Part shown: piece after piece, positions 19,554 to 28,199 of the stretch
Layout: every line of letters starts with the position of its first letter
Numbering within the stretch: the stretch's first letter is position 1
NCBI GenBank assembly: GCA_038325875.1
Contig: JBBQJL010000008.1
Location: 454 to 64,453 of the forward strand
Direction: 5' to 3'
DNA: 64,000 nucleotides
From: Candidatus Limnocylindrales bacterium
GTDB taxonomy: Bacteria; Chloroflexota; Limnocylindria; Limnocylindrales; CSP1-4
The notes under the pieces: generated by a model
What the model was told of the DNA's origin: nothing
Seen by the model: only the letters and a program-made list of their open reading frames with translations
The model's database searches: none
Made by a program: the position numbers and the translations under genes

Positions 19554-20929
19554 GGCTCGTCCTCGATCTCGCGCCGCCGGCGAGTCCGTCTCCGGCCGAT
19601 GAGCGCCAGGGCGACCACCACGATCGCCAGGACCACGAGGACCGCCAGGCCAAGCGTGTCGCGGTCGCCGGTCGATAGGTTGGGTGCGGTCGTCGGTATC
19701 GCAGGCACGGCCGTCGCGGGTGCCGGGCCGGTCGGCTGGTCAGGTGCGCCGGTCCAACCCGACGGCAACGGCCCGACAGGTCCGGGCTTTGGGCCGAACG
19801 CAGCGGGCGTCTTCGCCCCGAGATCGGCCAGCCAGCCCGCCTGGAACGCCGCCGCGTCCTGGCCGATCCCGGCCTTGAACGCCTGGTCGTCGGTGACCCC
19901 ATCGGCGTACGACCGGACGAGCTTGACCAGGGCGTCCTGCCCGAACGTCCGGACGAGGTAGTCGACCGCGGACACGCTCTCACCGTAGGCCAGGAAGAAC
20001 TGGTCGCGGGTCGTGGGGAACTGGCCGGTCAGGCCGTCGAGCGGGATGAGCGCGTCGCCCCGGACCGCGTTCTTGACGCTCGAACGCCACGAGTCGCCAT
20101 AGCCCTCCGAGAGGTACACCGCCAGGCCCTCATTGAGCCAGCGCGGCGGGAAGTGATACGGGTTCTTGACCGCGGTGTCGAACACCAGGTGGGTCAGCTC
20201 GTGCGGGACGACCGTCGACACCCAGGTCGCGTCGATGTCGTCCGGGGCGATCAGGGCGAACATCGTCCGGATGTCGGCATGGGCCTCGCCGCCGACGTTC
20301 TCGCGCGTCCCCGGACCGAGGGCGTCGTAGAACGCCTTCTGGTCAGCGTAGATGAAGAAGTCGACCGGTTCGGTCTCGCTCACACCGAGGATCTTGGCGG
20401 CCGCGTCGATGCCCTTCTGGCCGATCTCCAGGGCACGCTTGCCGAAGTCGGTCGAGCCCTTGTACCAGTGGACCCGGACGACCGGGCCGCTGACCGTCTT
20501 CCAATCGAACCGGGTGTCCTTGTACAGGACGGAGGTCGGCTCGCCGAGGCGGACGGTCCCGTCGGCGTCGGTCACCCGCCACTGGGCGGTGAACCGGGTG
20601 TTGGGCACGATATGGGACCCGGCATCTGCCAGCTCGTAGGTCAGTGTCGTCGGTTGACAGCACGGCGGGGCCTTGACCGAGCTCACGAACGGACCGATCG
20701 AGCCGGGCGTCGTGAGCAGGAGCTCGACCCGCTTGAGCTCGCTCGGCGGCGTGAACGGCTGCTCGAAGGTCACCCCGGTCCCGTAGGTCGCGCTCGCCGA
20801 CGACGTCCCGAAGGCAGGATCGGCGGCCGTGACCGGGCCGACCCAACCGAACGCGATGACCAGCGTCGCGAACGCGACGGCGACCGTGCGCAGCGCCCCG
20901 GGGCAGCCACGCCGATCCGCGGTCCTCAC
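19550..20929 (-). CDS. Secreted, C-terminally anchored peptidase MA-like metallohydrolase
   Basis: Signal peptide, HELTH...WLNEGLA zincin motif, C-terminal TM with basic tail. Confidence 0.85.
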   Translation of the reverse strand: MRTADRRGCPGALRTVAVAFATLVIAFGWVGPVTAADPAFGTSSASATYGTGVTFEQPFTPPSELKRVELLLTTPGSIGPFVSSVKAPPCCQPTTLTYELADAGSHIVPNTRFTAQWRVTDADGTVRLGEPTSVLYKDTRFDWKTVSGPVVRVHWYKGSTDFGKRALEIGQKGIDAAAKILGVSETEPVDFFIYADQKAFYDALGPGTRENVGGEAHADIRTMFALIAPDDIDATWVSTVVPHELTHLVFDTAVKNPYHFPPRWLNEGLAVYLSEGYGDSWRSSVKNAVRGDALIPLDGLTGQFPTTRDQFFLAYGESVSAVDYLVRTFGQDALVKLVRSYADGVTDDQAFKAGIGQDAAAFQAGWLADLGAKTPAAFGPKPGPVGPLPSGWTGAPDQPTGPAPATAVPAIPTTAPNLSTGDRDTLGLAVLVVLAIVVVALALIGRRRTRRRREIEDEP

Positions 20930-22542
20930 TTGGTCGCCCAGTCGAGGCCTGCGAAGCGCATGATCCCGAGCCCGCTCTCGGTCGCCCCGAGGAGCCCATC
21001 GCGGGCCAGGGCGTAGCCATCGCCGTAGGCCAGCGGGACCACCGGAACGTCGCGCTGGACGATCGATTCGGCCCGATCATAGGCGGACCGCTGCGCGGCC
21101 GGGTCGGTCGCTGCCGCCGCGTCCGCGATCGCCGCGTCGAAGTCCGGCGAGTCCCAGCGGCCGTAGTCGTTGGTGCTGCCCTTGCTCAACAGCAGCCCCA
21201 GGAAATCGTTCGGTCCCGGATAGTCGGCCACCCAGCCCAGCGACCAGAACGCCGGCGGATCGGTCCCGAGTCGCTTGAAGTAGTCGTCCCACTCCTCCGA
21301 CTTGAGGCCGATCCCGAGCTCACGCTCGAGGTCCGCGAGGACCGCCTGGTCGTAGCCTGACCCGTTGACCAGGGTGACCTCCGGGAAGGCGGCTCCCCTG
21401 GGATAGCCGGCGGCAGCAAGGGCCGCGCGCGCAGCTTCGGGGTCGTGCTTCGGGCTGAAGTCGCGCTCACTCCGGCCGGGGATGCCGGGTGGGACCATGC
21501 TCGTGGCCGGGGAAGATCTCGCCCCGGCCGCGAGGGCCACGATCCGCTTCCAGTCGACGGCCCAGGCGAACGCCTGGCGAACGCGAACGTCGTCGAACGG
21601 TGGCTTGCTCGTGTCGAAGCCGAAGTACGTCAGGCCGGCCGACGGGACCGTCCGGAGCGCGCCCCCGAGGTTCCGGTCGTAGCGGATCCAGTTCGCGTCG
21701 TATTCGCCGATCTGGGTGTAGTCAAGGTCGCCGTCCTCGAAGGCCTGGACGGGGCTCCGGCCGTTGAGCGTGGTCAGGAGGTGGACGGTCTTGATCGCGG
21801 GCTCGCCGGCCCAGTACTGGTCGTTGGCGGTCAGGGTCAGCTCGGTCGCTGTGCTGTCGGTCAGCCGGTAGCCGCCGCTGGCGATGAAGCCGTCACCGGG
21901 CGCGAGCGCCTCCGGCCCCGTGTCGAGGCCGGGCGGCACGACCGCGAACGTCGGGCCCGAGACCACCGCCGGGAAGTCCGTCGCCGGTCGGCTCAGGCGG
22001 ACCTCGACGTCGTTGCCGGACGCCTTGAGCCCGACCGTGGTCGGGTCGGTCGAGGTCCCGCGAAGGTATCCGACCGCACCATCGACGTCCGCCATCAAGG
22101 ACGCCAGCGGCGAGGGCCGCTTCGGTTCGATGATCCGCAGCCAGCTCCTGACCACGTCCGCGCCGGTCAGCGGCGAGCCGTCGGAGAAGGTGAGGCCGTC
22201 CCTGACATGGAACACGATCCGGCGGCCGCCGTCGAGGACCTCCCACGACTCCGCCAGAGCTGGGCGAAGGACCAGGCCGGGGTCGAACGCGGTCAGGCTC
22301 TCGAACAGTTGAGCGCCGACGGCCGCACTGCCGATGTCGCCCTGGAGCGCCGGATCGAGTTCGGCTGGCGCGCCCCCGAAGATCTTGACATCGTCCCTGG
22401 CGGCCGCCGCGACCGTCGTTGGACGACCGACGGGACCGGGCGCAACACCCAGGGCGATCACGCCCAGCAGCACAGCCACGACCAGGGGCCGGAGACGCCT
22501 GACCGAGGAGCGGCGACGGAGACGGCCCCCCAGGCGGCGCAT
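20926..22542 (-). CDS. Peptide ABC transporter substrate-binding protein (family 5)
   Basis: PALAESW, FSDGSPLT..DV..SW, PFDDVRVRQAF, WVADYP. Confidence 0.9.
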   Translation of the reverse strand: MRRLGGRLRRRSSVRRLRPLVVAVLLGVIALGVAPGPVGRPTTVAAAARDDVKIFGGAPAELDPALQGDIGSAAVGAQLFESLTAFDPGLVLRPALAESWEVLDGGRRIVFHVRDGLTFSDGSPLTGADVVRSWLRIIEPKRPSPLASLMADVDGAVGYLRGTSTDPTTVGLKASGNDVEVRLSRPATDFPAVVSGPTFAVVPPGLDTGPEALAPGDGFIASGGYRLTDSTATELTLTANDQYWAGEPAIKTVHLLTTLNGRSPVQAFEDGDLDYTQIGEYDANWIRYDRNLGGALRTVPSAGLTYFGFDTSKPPFDDVRVRQAFAWAVDWKRIVALAAGARSSPATSMVPPGIPGRSERDFSPKHDPEAARAALAAAGYPRGAAFPEVTLVNGSGYDQAVLADLERELGIGLKSEEWDDYFKRLGTDPPAFWSLGWVADYPGPNDFLGLLLSKGSTNDYGRWDSPDFDAAIADAAAATDPAAQRSAYDRAESIVQRDVPVVPLAYGDGYALARDGLLGATESGLGIMRFAGLDWATK

Positions 22543-22559
22543 GGCCGGAGTGTAGCCCG

Positions 22560-23558
22560 TCAGGGCTGCGCAGGCCCTCGAGCGTCCTGCTCCTCGACGA
22601 TGAGATCACGGCGGCGGCCGAATCGCTCGACGATCCGGTAGAAGGCACGTTTGTCGAGGCGGACACGCTCTCCGGGCGGATATGCCTCGTCGTCCGGCTG
22701 GTCGTGGCGGACGACCGGGAGGTCGCCGAGGTGGACCGCGCGACGAGGCGTGGCCCCCTCCCCCGCGTCGCGCAGGGTCAAGCTCAACCAGGCTTCCAGA
22801 TGACGTCCGGTCCGGAACGCCTCGTCGAGCGGGCCACGGACGAGGACGTCGTCGCGTCGGAACGCGACGATCCCGCCGTCGACCACGGCGACGTCGCCGG
22901 GCGGCGCATCCACGAACCGGCGGAGGTCGGGGCTGAAGCTCCCCCAGGCACCCACCACGGCCACGGTCGGATCGTCGAGGGCGACGGCGAGCGGGGTGAC
23001 GATGTCGCCGACGGGCTCGACGCTCGAGTCGACGACGATGACGACCGCTCCACCCGCCCGGCGCAGCCCGGCGTTGAAGGCCCCGGCCTGGCCGAGCCGG
23101 TTCGCCAGCCAGACGATCTCAGGCGCGGTCCCAGCGATCGGCCCGACGAGGGGATCCTGCGCGTCCTCGAGCGCCTCAGCCTGCCCGCGGGATGGCGCGT
23201 CGGCGACGAGCACCGTCTGCAGCCCGGGCGAGGCGTGCCGCCGCAGACCGTCGAGCAGCCGGCGCACGTCGGCGGGTCGGTCCGTCGCCCGAACGACGAT
23301 CGTCACGCCCGTCGTGGCCGGCTCGGCCAGCCGCGACGGGACTGCGGCACTCGCGCCGTAGCGGACCCGGCCGTCCTCGATCAGGTCAGGAGCTGAGGCC
23401 GGCGACAGGCGGAAGCTCGTCCCGGCGTCGACGATCTTCCAGCCGGCGCCCTCGATCTCGTCGCGCAGGCGATCCGCCTCTGCCCAGTCCGCAGCCGTGC
23501 GGGCGGCCGCCCTGGCCTCGGCCAGCTCGCAGATCTCGACGGGGGCCGAGTCACTCAC
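22560..23558 (-). CDS. Fusion of a CysRS C-terminal-like helical domain and a GT2-like domain
   Basis: N-terminus ARAAARTAADWAEADRLRDEIEGAGWKIVD resembles the CysS C-terminus; remainder GT2-like (LGQAGAFNAGL, VIVVDSS). Confidence 0.7.
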   Translation of the reverse strand: MSDSAPVEICELAEARAAARTAADWAEADRLRDEIEGAGWKIVDAGTSFRLSPASAPDLIEDGRVRYGASAAVPSRLAEPATTGVTIVVRATDRPADVRRLLDGLRRHASPGLQTVLVADAPSRGQAEALEDAQDPLVGPIAGTAPEIVWLANRLGQAGAFNAGLRRAGGAVVIVVDSSVEPVGDIVTPLAVALDDPTVAVVGAWGSFSPDLRRFVDAPPGDVAVVDGGIVAFRRDDVLVRGPLDEAFRTGRHLEAWLSLTLRDAGEGATPRRAVHLGDLPVVRHDQPDDEAYPPGERVRLDKRAFYRIVERFGRRRDLIVEEQDARGPAQP

Positions 23559-23633
23559 CAGCCAAGGCTAGCAGCCCTCGCCGAACCGTCGGATGTCGGA
23601 TGGCCCGCATCTGATCCGAGTGGCATGCCGGCG

Positions 23634-23885
23634 CTACCGATTCGGCGCCATCCGCCAATGCCCGTTACGGCTGGGGACGACCGTGACCCGCTCGCGGGTA
23701 GCCGCCTGCGCCGAGGCCACGGCGCTGGTCTCGTGGGCCAGGAATGTCGGCTTGACTCGCACGTGGGTCGCCTGCTCGAGGTCGTAGGCCAAGCCGAGCA
23801 GCTCGGGTTCGGACCAGCGGCTGCCGATGAGCGACATGCCGATCGGCAGGTGGCCGACGTACCCGGCCGGGACCGTGATGCTCGG
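23634..23885 (-). pseudogene. Amidase C-terminal fragment (5' part missing)
   Basis: PSITVPAGYVGHLPIGMSLIGSRWSEPELLGLAYDLEQAT is a typical amidase-family C-terminus; similarity stops at about 23885. Confidence 0.8.
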
Positions 23886-24016
23886 CTGCTCATCGCATGG
23901 ACCTCCACGATGTCAGGTGGGGCGGACGCGGCTGGGCGCTGGGGACGCTGCGGTTCACGTCCATCGAGGATGAACGCCCGGGAGGTCAGGCGATCGACGA
24001 CAGCCGCCGCGAGGCG

Positions 24017-24652
24017 TCATCCCGTGGTCGTGCGCCCGAGGAGTTGCTCCCGGAGGATGCCCCCGAGCCAAGCCGTGTATGCGTCGTCCGACCATCCGCG
24101 GCCGCGCAACTCCCGGTAGAGCTCGAGCATGCTCAGCGCGAGCAGCAGGTCATGGGCGGTGTCGACCGTGAGCGTTTCGCGAAGGTACGGCCCAAGAGGC
24201 GCCACGACCGCTCGGAGCGCTTCGGCACGGCCCTCGAGGACCGTGACGATCTCGGCCGCGACCTCCGGGTCCGCGCGCGCCGCGTCCTGCTGGATCGCCA
24301 GCGCCTCCGCGCCCGTCGCCCACTGGTTGCCCATGAACCGGGCATACGCCTCGAGTCGCGCGCCCGGCTCGTCGGTCGCGAGGACGTCTCGCATGCGCGC
24401 CCCGGTCTGGGCCTGCGCGAACCACGCCTCGCGGATCTCGCCGACGATCGCGCGCTTTGACCCGAACGCCCAGTAGATCGTCGGCACGGCGACGCCGGCC
24501 GTCTTGGCGATGGCCGGGATCGTCGTGGCCGCGTAGCCGCGCTCGAGGAAGAGCCGGAGCGCGGCATCGAGCATCCGGGCCCGGGTCTCCGCTCGGTCGC
24601 GGCGACGAGGCCCGGCCGGAGCACCGACCGGTGGGGTCTTGACATCGTCCAC
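24017..24652 (-). CDS. TetR/AcrR family transcriptional regulator
   Basis: LFLERGYAATTIPAIAKTAGVAVPTIYWAFGSK HTH. Confidence 0.92.
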   Translation of the reverse strand: MDDVKTPPVGAPAGPRRRDRAETRARMLDAALRLFLERGYAATTIPAIAKTAGVAVPTIYWAFGSKRAIVGEIREAWFAQAQTGARMRDVLATDEPGARLEAYARFMGNQWATGAEALAIQQDAARADPEVAAEIVTVLEGRAEALRAVVAPLGPYLRETLTVDTAHDLLLALSMLELYRELRGRGWSDDAYTAWLGGILREQLLGRTTTG

Positions 24653-24697
24653 GGAACTACTGTATCACTCTAGTTCCAACTAAAGCGACAGTCTAGT
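24653..24697. promoter_or_regulatory. Tandem ACTA-N11-TAGT inverted repeats, probable TetR operators
   Basis: GGAACTA-N11-TAGTTCC (24653-24677) and ACTA-N11-TAGT (24679-24697) in the divergent intergenic region. Confidence 0.6.
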
Positions 24698-24709
24698 AAG
24701 GAGTCAGTC

Positions 24710-25162
24710 ATGTCTGCGTCCCAGTCGCCTGTCCAGGCCGAGAACATCGCGAACTCTCGCAGGATCATCGAAGCCTTCTCGACCGGCGACCCTGATGTCA
24801 TCGATGAGCTCGTGGCGCCCGACTGCATCGAGCACCAGCGGGGGAACAACCCGGGATCCGAAGGCGCGAAGGAAGTCATCCGCTTCCTCCACCGGGGGAT
24901 GTCGGACTTCTCCCTGACGATCGAGGATCTCGTCGCGGACGGCGATATGGTCTGGACCCGCAACCGCGCCCGGGGCGTGAACACCGGGTCGATCATGGGC
25001 AACCCGCCGTCTGGGCGATCGGTCGAAGTCGACGTTATCGACATCCTGCGGTTCCGAGACGGGAAGCTCGTCGAGCACTGGGGCATCGCGGACCAGCTGG
25101 GCCTGATGCTCCAGATCGGGGCCGTCCCGGGCAAGCGCCAAGAGCCGGCACCCGTCGGCTGA
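24710..25162 (+). CDS. SnoaL-like ester cyclase (NTF2 fold)
   Basis: IEDLVADGD.VW, G.PPSGR, IDILRF.DGKLVEHW. Confidence 0.9.
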   Translation: MSASQSPVQAENIANSRRIIEAFSTGDPDVIDELVAPDCIEHQRGNNPGSEGAKEVIRFLHRGMSDFSLTIEDLVADGDMVWTRNRARGVNTGSIMGNPPSGRSVEVDVIDILRFRDGKLVEHWGIADQLGLMLQIGAVPGKRQEPAPVG

Positions 25163-25181
25163 GGCTCACGTAGTCCGCACA

Positions 25182-25209
25182 GCGGATTCGACTCCCGTCT
25201 CCCGCTCCA
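25182..25209 (+). repeat. tRNA-Gly 3'-end fragment (att-like scar)
   Basis: GCGGATTCGACTCCCGTCTCCCGCTCCA matches the T arm, acceptor strand, U discriminator and CCA of tRNA-Gly; no 5' half present. Confidence 0.7.
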
Positions 25210-25237
25210 CTCGTCCCGCTGCCCCGCCGAACACGCC

Positions 25238-25450
25238 ACGGACCGTGAGGTCGGCGTGGTCGCGGCGGTCCTGGTGGCCGGGTCGGAGAAGGCCGCCGCC
25301 CACCGCCTGGGCCTGTCGCACTCGACGGTCAAGCACCGCCTCGCGAACGCCCGGTCTAAGGTGGGCACGACGACCACCGCGCAGCTCGTGTGGATCCTCG
25401 CCCCGCGGCTGCCGGAGCCCGCAGGGGGTGACCCAGCCGACTCCCAGTGA
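25238..25450 (+). CDS. Stand-alone LuxR/GerE-type HTH protein (start uncertain, possibly truncated)
   Basis: TDREVGVVAAVLVAGSEKAAAHRLGLSHSTVKHRLANARSKVGTTTTAQLV. Confidence 0.7.
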   Translation, partial: TDREVGVVAAVLVAGSEKAAAHRLGLSHSTVKHRLANARSKVGTTTTAQLVWILAPRLPEPAGGDPADSQ

Positions 25451-25641
25451 CTAGAACTAGACCAGCGGGGGGGGTGGGTGTTGGGGCTGGTGAACGCCGA
25501 CAATGGCGGGCCAGGCGCTCCGGTGCTGTTGGCGCCCCCCCCGTCTGCACATGGCCGCCCGCTGCGATGGCAGGCAGGGCTAGACTGGAATTCGTTGCCG
25601 ATGCCCGATGTGGGCGTCGGTCCTGCGAATCCGAGGAGCAG

Positions 25642-26061
25642 ATGAGCGATCCTGAGTTGACGGTCTCTGCCGTCCTTGCCGACGACCTGCGCGACTGGTT
25701 GACCAGCGAGCTGCGCTACCCGGTCCTTGCCATCAACACGGCCGACGGTCCACCGAACCAATCGGTGATGTGGTTCGACCTGCATCCTGATCGTCCGGAC
25801 ACAATCATCATGAACACGATGGTCCGGCGCCTCAAATACCGCCAACTCCAGGCGGACCCTCGGCTGAGCGTGCTCTTCGAGGACGGCGGCAAGTGGGTCG
25901 GCTTGCGGGGGACCGTGGAGATGGACGCCGACTTCGATCGCGCGCTCCAGAGCATCCAGGACCTTGCCCGGCGTTACGGCGTCGGTCCGGAGCGCTATGC
26001 CGGCCAGGAGCGGGTGATCCTTCACTTTCGGGTGGAGAAGGTCATTCGCCATGACGATTAA
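25642..26061 (+). CDS. PPOX-class (pyridoxamine oxidase-like) probable F420-dependent oxidoreductase
   Basis: ADGPPNQSVMWF, RLKYRQLQADPRLSV, LARRY; GAGGAG RBS. Confidence 0.85.
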   Translation: MSDPELTVSAVLADDLRDWLTSELRYPVLAINTADGPPNQSVMWFDLHPDRPDTIIMNTMVRRLKYRQLQADPRLSVLFEDGGKWVGLRGTVEMDADFDRALQSIQDLARRYGVGPERYAGQERVILHFRVEKVIRHDD

Positions 26062-26100
26062 GGCCGTGAAGCTGGTGGGATAGCCCGCCACCACCGCTCT

Positions 26101-26163
26101 CCTATCGCCGACGTGCTCGACTTCTACGCGGAGACGGTCCGGCAGACCGCTCGACACCTCCGG
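26101..26163 (+). repeat. Post-att tail repeat, copy A (encodes PIADVLDFYAETV)
   Basis: First 39 nt are 33/39 identical to 28007-28045; similarity continues loosely to a shared ACCTCCGG. Confidence 0.8.
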
Positions 26164-26286
26164 TGTCAATTGGAATTGGTGTCCTGCCCCCACACCAGAA
26201 GAAGCAGAGCCCGTCGCCGTCAGCTCATCTCAGCCGGACGCGCCCAGCGGGCTCAACTCGAGCACTAGGCCCTTTGTGCAGCTTGC

Positions 26287-27636
26287 TCACGGCAGCGTGG
26301 CGTGAGTCAGGTCACCAACACCGTCCGCCGTGGATCCGTCAGCCGATGCTCGAAGGCCGATAAGCTCGTAGACCTCGGTCGGGATGGACTTTCCCTTGAG
26401 GTCCGGCGTTCCCAATAAGCGAACCTCGACGCGACCCTGGACGAGGTCGTACGTTTGCTGGCCCAAGACTACGCTGCCCGCCGGCGCGAATGACTGGAGC
26501 CTCGCCGCGACATTGGTGGTGTCGCCGATGGCGAGGAAATTGTGGAGCTCTGCGCTCCCCACGTTGCCGACAAGGGCCGGTCCGCTGTTGATCCCCACCC
26601 GGAACCGTGGGGTCGTCGCAGGAGCATCTCGGAGACTCGTGAGGCGCTGCATCGCTAGACCAGCCCGGCATGCTCGAAGCGCATGGTCGGGCTGGCGAAT
26701 CGGCGCGTTGAACACGGCCATCAAGGCATCGCCCATGAACTGGACGACCGTCCCCCCCTCGGCGAAGACCGCCGGTACGGCTGCTCCGAAGGCGGCATTG
26801 AGCATGGCCACGACCTCGGGCGCAGGCGTCCGTTCGGAGAACTCGGTGAAGCCCTCCAGGTCCGCGAAGAGCACCGTCACGTCAGCCACCTCGCCGCCAA
26901 GATCGGCGCGAGCGGGGTCGTCGACGAGGGCCTGGGCGACGTCCGGCGAAAGGTACTGGCGAAAAAGGCGGTCTACCCGACGATGGAGATCGGCGACAAG
27001 GTAGCTCGATCTGAAGGCTGCCCGCTCCGCTTCTTCGAGGTACCGACTGCCGATCGTCGCCCCGATCAGCATCGTGACGAGCAAGAAGGCCTGAAAGACA
27101 CCGGTTCCAGCCATGCCGAACGCGAGCGCCACCGCGCTGAATACCACGATCGTCATGACGCTCACCGCCATCGCCACCAACCACTCGGGACGGACCAATG
27201 CGATGCCGAACGCGGCGCTCGTCATCAGCGCCGCCACCCCTGTCGTCGCGAACGTTCCTTCGGCTCCGAAGGCCACGACAACGCCCACCGCACTGATCGT
27301 GGACGAGGCAAACGCGAGCGCCCCGACATGCGCGAGGCTGATGTCTCGCAGCGTAACGAGCGTGACGAATCCCTCCCAACCGGCGTTGACGGCCGCGGCC
27401 AGATAGAAGGGCGTCGCCGGGACTCCCAGCAGGGGTGGGCCAACGAGCCCGATCGCGATCCAGATCCAGGCGCCGACGAAATTGGCGATCCGAAGGCGCT
27501 GGCGGCCTGGCTCGGCCACTGCCGACCGGTACGTCCGCTCGAGCGCCGGATCGACGAAGCGTAAGGTCAGACGATCCTGGCGGTCCCAGTCAAGCGACAG
27601 GACGGGCGGTTTCGCCGCACCGTCGAGGGACGTCAT
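26287..27636 (-). CDS. Membrane-bound class III adenylate/guanylate cyclase
   Basis: About six TM helices, then VTVLFADLEGFT, FMGDALM, RVGINSG, IGDTTNVAARL. Confidence 0.92.
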   Translation of the reverse strand: MTSLDGAAKPPVLSLDWDRQDRLTLRFVDPALERTYRSAVAEPGRQRLRIANFVGAWIWIAIGLVGPPLLGVPATPFYLAAAVNAGWEGFVTLVTLRDISLAHVGALAFASSTISAVGVVVAFGAEGTFATTGVAALMTSAAFGIALVRPEWLVAMAVSVMTIVVFSAVALAFGMAGTGVFQAFLLVTMLIGATIGSRYLEEAERAAFRSSYLVADLHRRVDRLFRQYLSPDVAQALVDDPARADLGGEVADVTVLFADLEGFTEFSERTPAPEVVAMLNAAFGAAVPAVFAEGGTVVQFMGDALMAVFNAPIRQPDHALRACRAGLAMQRLTSLRDAPATTPRFRVGINSGPALVGNVGSAELHNFLAIGDTTNVAARLQSFAPAGSVVLGQQTYDLVQGRVEVRLLGTPDLKGKSIPTEVYELIGLRASADGSTADGVGDLTHATLP

Positions 27637-27872
27637 CGCGGACCCACGATCGATTTGTGACACCCTGTACCGGGCACCCGACGTCTGTTGGCTGGACGAC
27701 TGATCATCACGCGAGGCGTACCCAAGGTCCAAAGCCTGAACCACGCTGACATCCCAGGAAGTCGCGGACTGACCCCGACCTCCAGCGGTCTGGAGCGAGT
27801 GGCGTCGAGCCTACTCTCGCCGGCGTGTTCTAGCGTCGCGCTGTCCCGCAGACTTCGTCGCCGCTGGCCGTC

Positions 27873-28048
27873 ATGCCGGTCGTCCAGCGAGTCGCTGGGT
27901 TCGGCCGGTGATCTGGCTGAACTGGAGGCCAGAAACGCTGCCGTTCGTGCGGTCTGCCGACGGCGTCGGTGTGGTGCCCCTGGAGGGTCGAGGAGACACG
28001 ACCTACCCTATCGGCGACGTGCTTGACTTCTATGCTGACGCGGTCTGA
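27873..28048 (+). pseudogene. C-terminal remnant of a serine recombinase continuing through att into a tail peptide
   Basis: MPVVQRV (frameshift) IWLNWRPETLPFV resembles MVVERVEAADRQLGAIVWQPAARPFF of the intact recombinase; continues in frame as VVPLEGRGDTTYPIGDVLDFYADAV*. Confidence 0.6.
27972..27987 (+). repeat. att core, copy of the tRNA-Arg 3' end
   Basis: TGGTGCCCCTGGAGGG identical to 43333-43348. Confidence 0.9.
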
Positions 28049-28199
28049 CGATACCGCACGGTGTACCTCCGGGCGCACCCGACGGAATAGCTCCGACTAC
28101 ACAGGGAGCCGGTCCTGGTCCGTTCCTGGCGGCATTGGCAGCCTAGACTAAAGAACCTGATGACCAACGATCAGATGACCGAGTTCGAGATTGACTCTC

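Noticed and set aside
23555-23626. 23-codon ORF whose TGA overlaps the GT-fusion start, a possible third relay ORF
   Set aside because: No duplicated source sequence seen in the window and no RBS; expected by chance at this GC content
25528-25542. TTGGCGCCCCC as a further att copy
   Set aside because: Too short and GC-rich; not followed by the tail repeat
24670-26193. 507-aa minus-strand ORF across the accessory region
   Set aside because: Antisense to SnoaL, HTH and PPOX genes; its WSGRRESNP segment is just the reverse tRNA-Gly fragment
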